From an uncultured bacterium (GTDB taxonomy: Bacteria; Armatimonadota; Abditibacteriia; Abditibacteriales; Abditibacteriaceae), in NCBI GenBank assembly GCA_963843795.1, contig CAWJLW010000006.1, positions 1,984,001 to 2,048,000 of the forward strand: a DNA stretch of 64,000 bases, read 5' to 3'. Position 1 is the stretch's first letter. Every line of letters begins with the position of its first letter. The notes under the pieces were generated by a model. It saw nothing but the letters and a program-made list of their open reading frames with translations. It did not search any database and was not told where the DNA came from. Positions 58,557 through 64,000 of the stretch are shown here, piece by piece. The position numbers were made by a program, and so were the translations under genes.

Positions 58557-59483
58557 ATGGAATTATTGAAAATTATTCGCGTGTTGGGCGATGCCAATCG
58601 CGTGCGTTTGCTACATTTATTGTCGGTCGAGGAATTGAGCGTGGCAGAATTGCAGGAAATCATGGGCATGGCGCAAAGTCGAATTTCGATGCAATTGTCG
58701 CAATTGAAAGCGGCGGAGTTGGTCGAACTGCGTCGCGTCGGGCAGAAAAGTTTGTATCGTGCTGCGCCCTTAGCGAGCGATGCTTTGGTGAATGAATTGT
58801 TAGAGCGCGGCGCGCTGGAAATTGCGGAGAGCGCGCACGATGAGGAAGGTTTGCGTTTGGTTTTGGCGCGGCGCAAGGACGCTTTGCGCCATCATTTCGA
58901 CGAATTGGCGGGGCGTTTCGGGCGCGATCATCTGCCGGGCCGCAGTTGGAAAGCCCTTTCGGAAGGCTTGCTGCGCTTGCTGCCACCCATGGAAATCGCC
59001 GATTTGGGCGCCGGTGAAGCGACGATGGCGCTGCTTTTGGCACAGCGCGCCACACGCGTCGTGGCGATTGATAACGCGCAGAAAATGGTGGAATATGGAC
59101 GCAAGTTGGCGGTGGAAAATGGCGTGCAGAATTTGGATTATCGGCTGGGCGACATGGAAGAATTGCCGCTGAACGATGCGGAAATGGATTTGGTTTTGAT
59201 GCACCAAACCTTGCATCACAGCCTCCATCCAGCGATTGCTTTAAAGGAAGCCGCGCGGGTTTTGCGCGCGAATGGGCGCGTGGTAATTTTCGATTTGCTG
59301 CGTCACGAATACGAAGCAGCGCGCGAATTATACGCCGATGTGTGGCTGGGCTTTTCGCAAGTCGAGTTGCGGCAAATGCTATCAGACGCGGGCTTTGTGG
59401 ACACTGAAGTTTCGGTGGTGGATCGCGAAGGTCAGGCGCCCTATTTTCAGACAATTTTGGCGATTGGGCGCAAGCCAGCCTAA
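58557..59483 (+). CDS. sahR: ArsR-family HTH fused to a SAM-dependent methyltransferase-like domain (SahR type)
   Basis: LGD.NR.R.L..L...EL.V.EL......Q.RIS HTH and DLGAGE SAM motif. Divergent from ahcY. Confidence 0.8.
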   Translation: MELLKIIRVLGDANRVRLLHLLSVEELSVAELQEIMGMAQSRISMQLSQLKAAELVELRRVGQKSLYRAAPLASDALVNELLERGALEIAESAHDEEGLRLVLARRKDALRHHFDELAGRFGRDHLPGRSWKALSEGLLRLLPPMEIADLGAGEATMALLLAQRATRVVAIDNAQKMVEYGRKLAVENGVQNLDYRLGDMEELPLNDAEMDLVLMHQTLHHSLHPAIALKEAARVLRANGRVVIFDLLRHEYEAARELYADVWLGFSQVELRQMLSDAGFVDTEVSVVDREGQAPYFQTILAIGRKPA

Positions 59484-59649
59484 GAAAAGCGAAGCGCAAG
59501 TACTTGCAGCGGGGTTTACCCTGCTCGCTTGATTCCATCAGCGATCTTGCTAAATTCAAAAACGCCATTGAAAGTTAGATTCGCGGCCACGTCATCTCTC
59601 ACCTCTAACTCATCGGCATCCCCACATCCAAAACAACCACTGCAAGTAC

Positions 59650-59678
59650 TTGCACCAGCGCGCTACTCCATCTATACT
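59650..59678 (+). promoter_or_regulatory. Candidate sigma70-type promoter for recA
   Basis: TTGCAC (right arm of a motif copy), 17-bp spacer, TATACT; about 60 bp before the recA ATG. Confidence 0.5.
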
Positions 59679-59739
59679 ATCGCTATCATTGAGGACAATG
59701 AAACCGATTCGATAAATCAATTGAGAGAGGAAAAAAGAT

Positions 59740-60858
59740 ATGGCACGCGAAAAGACAGGGCCGAGTAAAGTGGAGCAGGCGATTGCCAGCGCCAACGGCA
59801 GCAACAGCGACAAAATGAAATCGCTGGACGAAGCCGTTTTGCGCATGGAAAAAACTTTTGGCAAAGGTTCGATCATGCGTTTGGGCGAGCGCACACATAT
59901 GCAGGTCGATACCACACCGACCGGAAGCTTAAGTTTGGACGTGGCTTTGGGCGGCGGTTTGCCGCGCGGTCGCATGGTGGAAATTTTCGGTGCCGAAGGT
60001 GGCGGAAAGACGACGCTGGTTTTACATTGTATCGCCGAAATGCAAAAGTCGGGCGGCATCTGCGCTTTCATCGACGCCGAGCACGCGCTCGACCCGAAAT
60101 ACGCCAAAACTCTGGGCGTCGATATCGATAACTTGTTTATTTCGCAGCCGGACAACGGCGAGCAAGCCCTGGAAATTGCCGATACTTTAGTGCGTTCGGG
60201 CGCGATTGACATGGTCGTCATCGACTCTGTTGCCGCTCTCACACCGCGCGCGGAAATCGAAGGGGAAATGGGCGACTTGCAGGTCGGCGCAATGGCGCGC
60301 ATGATGAGCCAAGGTTGTCGCAAATTGGCTTCGTCCGTTGGTCGCGCCAATGCGACAGCGATTTTCATTAACCAGATTCGTGAGAAAATTGGCGTGATGT
60401 ATGGCTCGCCCGAGACCACACCAGGTGGTCGCGCCCTGAAATTTTTCGCCAGCGTTCGTATGCGCGTCAGTCGCGGAGAGCAGATGAAAGACGGAACCGT
60501 GCCGATTGGCAACCGCACCAAAGTGCGCGTTGATAAGAACAAAATTGCGCCGCCGTTCCGCGAAGCCGAATTCGATTTGATTTACGGCAAGGGCATCAAC
60601 AAATACGGCGACATTTTGGATTTGGCGGTTGGCAAAGGCCTGATTCAAAAAGGCGGCGCGTGGTTCACGGTCGGAGAAGAACGTTTTCAAGGCCGCGACA
60701 ACGTGCGTCAGTATTTGGAAGAAAATCCCGAATTCGCCGATGATCTGGAAAACCAGATTCGCATCGCGTATGATTTGCGCCCTGTCGGCGAAAAAGTTCC
60801 GGTTTCGCCCGATGCTGATAAAGACGACGAAGAATTTAGCGAAGACGACGACGCGTAA
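59740..60858 (+). CDS. recA: Recombinase RecA
   Basis: [34 protein letters not shown] and IFINQIR.KIGV.YG.PETT.GG.ALKF. Confidence 0.98.
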   Translation: MAREKTGPSKVEQAIASANGSNSDKMKSLDEAVLRMEKTFGKGSIMRLGERTHMQVDTTPTGSLSLDVALGGGLPRGRMVEIFGAEGGGKTTLVLHCIAEMQKSGGICAFIDAEHALDPKYAKTLGVDIDNLFISQPDNGEQALEIADTLVRSGAIDMVVIDSVAALTPRAEIEGEMGDLQVGAMARMMSQGCRKLASSVGRANATAIFINQIREKIGVMYGSPETTPGGRALKFFASVRMRVSRGEQMKDGTVPIGNRTKVRVDKNKIAPPFREAEFDLIYGKGINKYGDILDLAVGKGLIQKGGAWFTVGEERFQGRDNVRQYLEENPEFADDLENQIRIAYDLRPVGEKVPVSPDADKDDEEFSEDDDA

Positions 60859-60875
60859 ATCGTGTTGGTCGGAAA

Positions 60876-60913
60876 CAAAAATCCCGCTGCAAGTACTTGC
60901 AGCGGGATTTTTG
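60876..60913. terminator. Bidirectional terminator; 38-bp perfect palindrome on the motif
   Basis: CAAAAATCCCGCTGCAAGTACTTGCAGCGGGATTTTTG between convergent genes. Confidence 0.85.
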
Positions 60914-60928
60914 CATTTTGAATCGTAT

Positions 60929-61798
60929 TTATTTTCCGCGTTTCAGGCCCAGGCGTTGCAGCCACAAGCCTCCCAGAACTTTAACGGCTTCGAGGATAAT
61001 TCTGCGGCTCATTTTGCTTTCGCCAGCGGTGCGGTCGGCGAAGATGATCGGCACTTCGCCGATTTTCGCTTTGACTTTGCGGCAGCGATCGAGCGTGAGG
61101 AACAAGAACGCATAACCTTCGACTTCGACATCCAAAATTCCGGCGCGCTCAATGAGTTCGCGTTTCCAGCAGCGAAAACCGCCGGTGCAATCGCGCGTAT
61201 TCAAGCCAAGCAGCGTGCGCGCCAGCATATTGGCGCTACCCGACAATAATTTGCGTTCCAAGCCCCAATGTTTGGTGCCACCGCCACGAATATAGCGCGA
61301 ACCGACGACTAAATCGCAACTGGCGCTTTTAGCCAGAATTCGCGGCAAATAGCGCGGATGGTGCGAAAAATCGGCATCCATCTGCAAAATCAGTTCGGCG
61401 CCATGTTCGATGGCATAGCGCATTCCGTTTTGCACTGCTGAAGCGTAGCCCATTTTGCAACCGCGCTCGACCAGATGTATGCGATTTTGGCCGCTGGCAT
61501 CAACGTATTGCCCCGCGCCGTGCATCGAGATTTCACGCACATACTGCGGCGTGCCATCTTTGGAACCATCATCGACGACGATGATGTGCAAATCTTTATC
61601 AATCGCGGTGATCTCTTCGAGCAACGAAGCGATATTGTCGCGCTCGTTGAGAGTTGGCACCACGACAGCGCGTTCGAAGCGCAGCGGCACCAAAGCGGGC
61701 AGCGGCGCTGAAGAAGCGGTTTGCATATCGCTGGCAGCCAGCGAGTTTAACTTCATCGAATCGAAATCATGTGTCAAAACAGAAGGTGAAATGTTCAT
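60929..61798 (-). CDS. GT2 polyprenol-phosphate mannose synthase-like glycosyltransferase
   Basis: VVPTLNERDN, VDDGSKDGT, QMDADFSH and GSRYI.GG. Start is uncertain. Confidence 0.9.
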   Translation of the reverse strand: MNISPSVLTHDFDSMKLNSLAASDMQTASSAPLPALVPLRFERAVVVPTLNERDNIASLLEEITAIDKDLHIIVVDDGSKDGTPQYVREISMHGAGQYVDASGQNRIHLVERGCKMGYASAVQNGMRYAIEHGAELILQMDADFSHHPRYLPRILAKSASCDLVVGSRYIRGGGTKHWGLERKLLSGSANMLARTLLGLNTRDCTGGFRCWKRELIERAGILDVEVEGYAFLFLTLDRCRKVKAKIGEVPIIFADRTAGESKMSRRIILEAVKVLGGLWLQRLGLKRGK

Positions 61799-61870
61799 AG
61801 CGTTGCAATCTCCCGGTCTCCGCGAAGTATGTGGCAAAATATCTGCGGTTACCGGTTTGCGACGCATCGT

Positions 61871-62629
61871 TTATGCCAAGTGGCCCATTTCGCGCAAATT
61901 GTCGAGCGAAATTTTGATGCTGTCGAACGGATCACCCGCGCACACATCTTGTTCCACAATATACGCTTTCACACCAGCGTCTTCGGCGGCTGCGAAAATT
62001 TCCGGCCAATTCAGTGTCCCCTGCCCGACTTCGGCGAATGTTTGATTGGCGTCGTTTGTCATATCTTTGATGTGCAAAAGCGGTACGCGGCCCGAATATT
62101 GGCGAATGAATGCCGCGGGATCACTGCCGCCTTTTTGAATCCAAAAGGTATCAATTTCGGCTTGCACAAGGTCTTTATCGGAATTGAGATAGAGCATTTC
62201 CAAACCGTTGATATCGTCGAAGCGGTCTTCGAGTTCAAAGGCGTGATTGTGATAGCACAACGTCATGCCCGCACCTTTGATTTCGCGCCCGATGGATTCC
62301 AACTGATGCGCGAATTCGACATAACCGACCACATTGCGCTGCGGTCCGGGAATTGACGGGCATACCAGATGTGTGTTGTTCATGCGCTCGTTTTCCGCAA
62401 CGATGCCTCCCAAATCTTCCTGCAATGAGCCGAAACCGACGTGACTGCCGACAACTTTTAGCTCTAAGTCTTCCAGTGCGCGCATTAAATCGCCCGGGGC
62501 AAGATCGCCATAACCGGCCAATTCAACGCCTTCGTAGCCAATTTCTTTAACTCGGCGCAGCGTTTCCAGCATATTCTTGGCGGCTGCATCACGCAGCGTG
62601 TACATTTGAACGGCAATCGTCGGTCGCAT
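61871..62629 (-). CDS. Sugar phosphate isomerase/epimerase (xylose-isomerase-like TIM barrel)
   Basis: QMYTLRD, GYEGVELAG, YHNHAFE, HIKD and VEQD. Confidence 0.9.
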   Translation of the reverse strand: MRPTIAVQMYTLRDAAAKNMLETLRRVKEIGYEGVELAGYGDLAPGDLMRALEDLELKVVGSHVGFGSLQEDLGGIVAENERMNNTHLVCPSIPGPQRNVVGYVEFAHQLESIGREIKGAGMTLCYHNHAFELEDRFDDINGLEMLYLNSDKDLVQAEIDTFWIQKGGSDPAAFIRQYSGRVPLLHIKDMTNDANQTFAEVGQGTLNWPEIFAAAEDAGVKAYIVEQDVCAGDPFDSIKISLDNLREMGHLA

Positions 62630-62701
62630 TTACAAATTCCTTTAAAAATTAAAAAACTCTATAACGTCGTGCGTGTACTTACACGGCGAAATCTATTGAT
62701 T

Positions 62702-63943
62702 TTAAGTGTGGTATTCGGCGTTGATTTTAACGTAGTCATACGAAAAATCACACGTCCAAGCTGTCCAATTGGACGCGCCTGCGCCAATGCGCACGCGAAT
62801 CGTCAAATCTTCGTGGCTCATCGCAGTTTCAGCTTCTGAAACATCGAAATTCAACGGCTCACCGTTCTCGAAAACTTTCACGTCACCGATTTCAATCGAC
62901 AACTGGGCCGCATCGAAATCGACACCAGCGCGTCCCGCCGCCATTGCCAAACGGCCCCAGTTCGGGTCGCGACCAAAAATCGCGGTTTTTACCAGAGGGG
63001 AATTGGCGATTGTCATCGCAATTTTTTTGGCGTCGCCTTCGGTGTTGGCGCCCGTAACCTCAATCGTAACCAGCTTAGTCGCGCCTTCGCCATCGCGCGC
63101 AATTTTGCGCGCCAATTCGTCGCAAACCTGCTGCAGCAATTGTATAAATTGCTCTTGATTATCGTCATCGATTTCGACGCCGCTCTGCCCGCCCGCAATC
63201 AGAATTGCGGTGTCGTTGGTTGAAGTGTCGCCATCGACAGTGACGGAGTTGAACGAGCGCGCAACGGCCCGCTCCAGCAAAGTTTGCAAACGCGCTTTGT
63301 CGATTTTCGCGTCGGTTGTCAAAAACGCCAGCATCGTGGCGTGTAAATTCGTGCTGCAAGTACTTGTGGGAACGAAATGCGCCATGTCGGGGCCAATCAT
63401 GCCGACGCCCTTGGCCTGTCCGCCGACCGTCACAATGTGGCCGTCGATTTCGGTTTGCGCGGCGCAGTGTTTGGGCACGACATCGGTTGTCATTGATGCG
63501 CGCGCGCTGGCTGCAGAAAATTCATCGCCATGACCCACTGCAAGTACTTGCAGCGCGCTTTCAACTTTTTCCAGTGGCAAAGCGTGGCCGATAATTCCGG
63601 TCGAGCAGATCAAAACTTCTTCGCTGACACAGCCGATTTTCTGTGCCGCCAGCTCGCACATTCTTTCGGCATTTTTCAAACCTTGCGCGCCGGTGCAGCA
63701 ATTCGCGTTGCCAGAATTGAACACGATGGCGCGCGTAGTCGCGTTGGTGGCGTGCTGCGCGCACACCAAAACTGGCGCGGCTTTGACCTGATTTTGTGTC
63801 CAGACCGCAGCAGCGACCGAGTTTTCGGGCGCGATAATTAATCCGACATCTTCGCCGCTTTGTTTGATGCCGCCGCGCGCGCCACCGGCTTGAAAACCGC
63901 GCGGCGACGCGACGCCACCATTGGCAAGTACTTGCAGTGTCAT
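62702..63943 (-). CDS. argJ: Glutamate N-acetyltransferase ArgJ
   Basis: NSGNANC.TG, STGIIG, MTTD, AKG.GMI.P.M...ATML, DGDTSTND, DGEGATK and INAEYHT. Likely start is ATG 63943. Confidence 0.96.
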   Translation of the reverse strand: MTLQVLANGGVASPRGFQAGGARGGIKQSGEDVGLIIAPENSVAAAVWTQNQVKAAPVLVCAQHATNATTRAIVFNSGNANCCTGAQGLKNAERMCELAAQKIGCVSEEVLICSTGIIGHALPLEKVESALQVLAVGHGDEFSAASARASMTTDVVPKHCAAQTEIDGHIVTVGGQAKGVGMIGPDMAHFVPTSTCSTNLHATMLAFLTTDAKIDKARLQTLLERAVARSFNSVTVDGDTSTNDTAILIAGGQSGVEIDDDNQEQFIQLLQQVCDELARKIARDGEGATKLVTIEVTGANTEGDAKKIAMTIANSPLVKTAIFGRDPNWGRLAMAAGRAGVDFDAAQLSIEIGDVKVFENGEPLNFDVSEAETAMSHEDLTIRVRIGAGASNWTAWTCDFSYDYVKINAEYHT

Positions 63944-64000
63944 ATTTGAGGAAAATTCTTGGGAAATTAGGGCCACGGAAAACTGGGTGCCGACCATCCG

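Noticed and set aside
58660..60542. Long antisense ORFs opposite sahR and recA, and similar ones opposite dnaJ and pyc
   Set aside because: Shadow ORFs of real genes in GC-rich DNA, with no protein-like motifs.

Overview
Bacterial chromosomal window, roughly mid-50s % GC by eye. It holds about 50 mostly housekeeping and metabolic genes: partial serA, murJ, recX, hrcA-grpE-dnaJ, mnmA and a cysteine desulfurase, glnE, glnD, pyc, dtd, pfkA, ahcY with a SahR-type regulator, recA and argJ. It also encodes several secreted TPR or beta-propeller proteins and glycoside hydrolases, a diguanylate cyclase, and an orphan N6-adenine DNA methyltransferase with a fused specificity domain. I saw no rRNA, tRNA, CRISPR array or transposase. 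The dominant unexplained signal is a dispersed palindrome, (T)GCAAGTACTTGC(A). By eye I count about 40 exact copies of the 12-bp core (one per 1.6 kb; chance expectation about 0.004 per window), about 14 one-mismatch copies and 6 copies with internal insertions. It sits in most intergenic gaps and inside genes, where it is usually read as Q-V-L-A. It forms the loop-less centre of site-specific palindromes up to 54 bp that double as terminators, and it may supply the -35 box of recA. Two of the three visible frameshifts are single-base insertions inside this motif. It behaves like cyanobacterial HIP1 or a DNA-uptake sequence, but I do not recognise the sequence as a described one. All counts are manual and should be recomputed.
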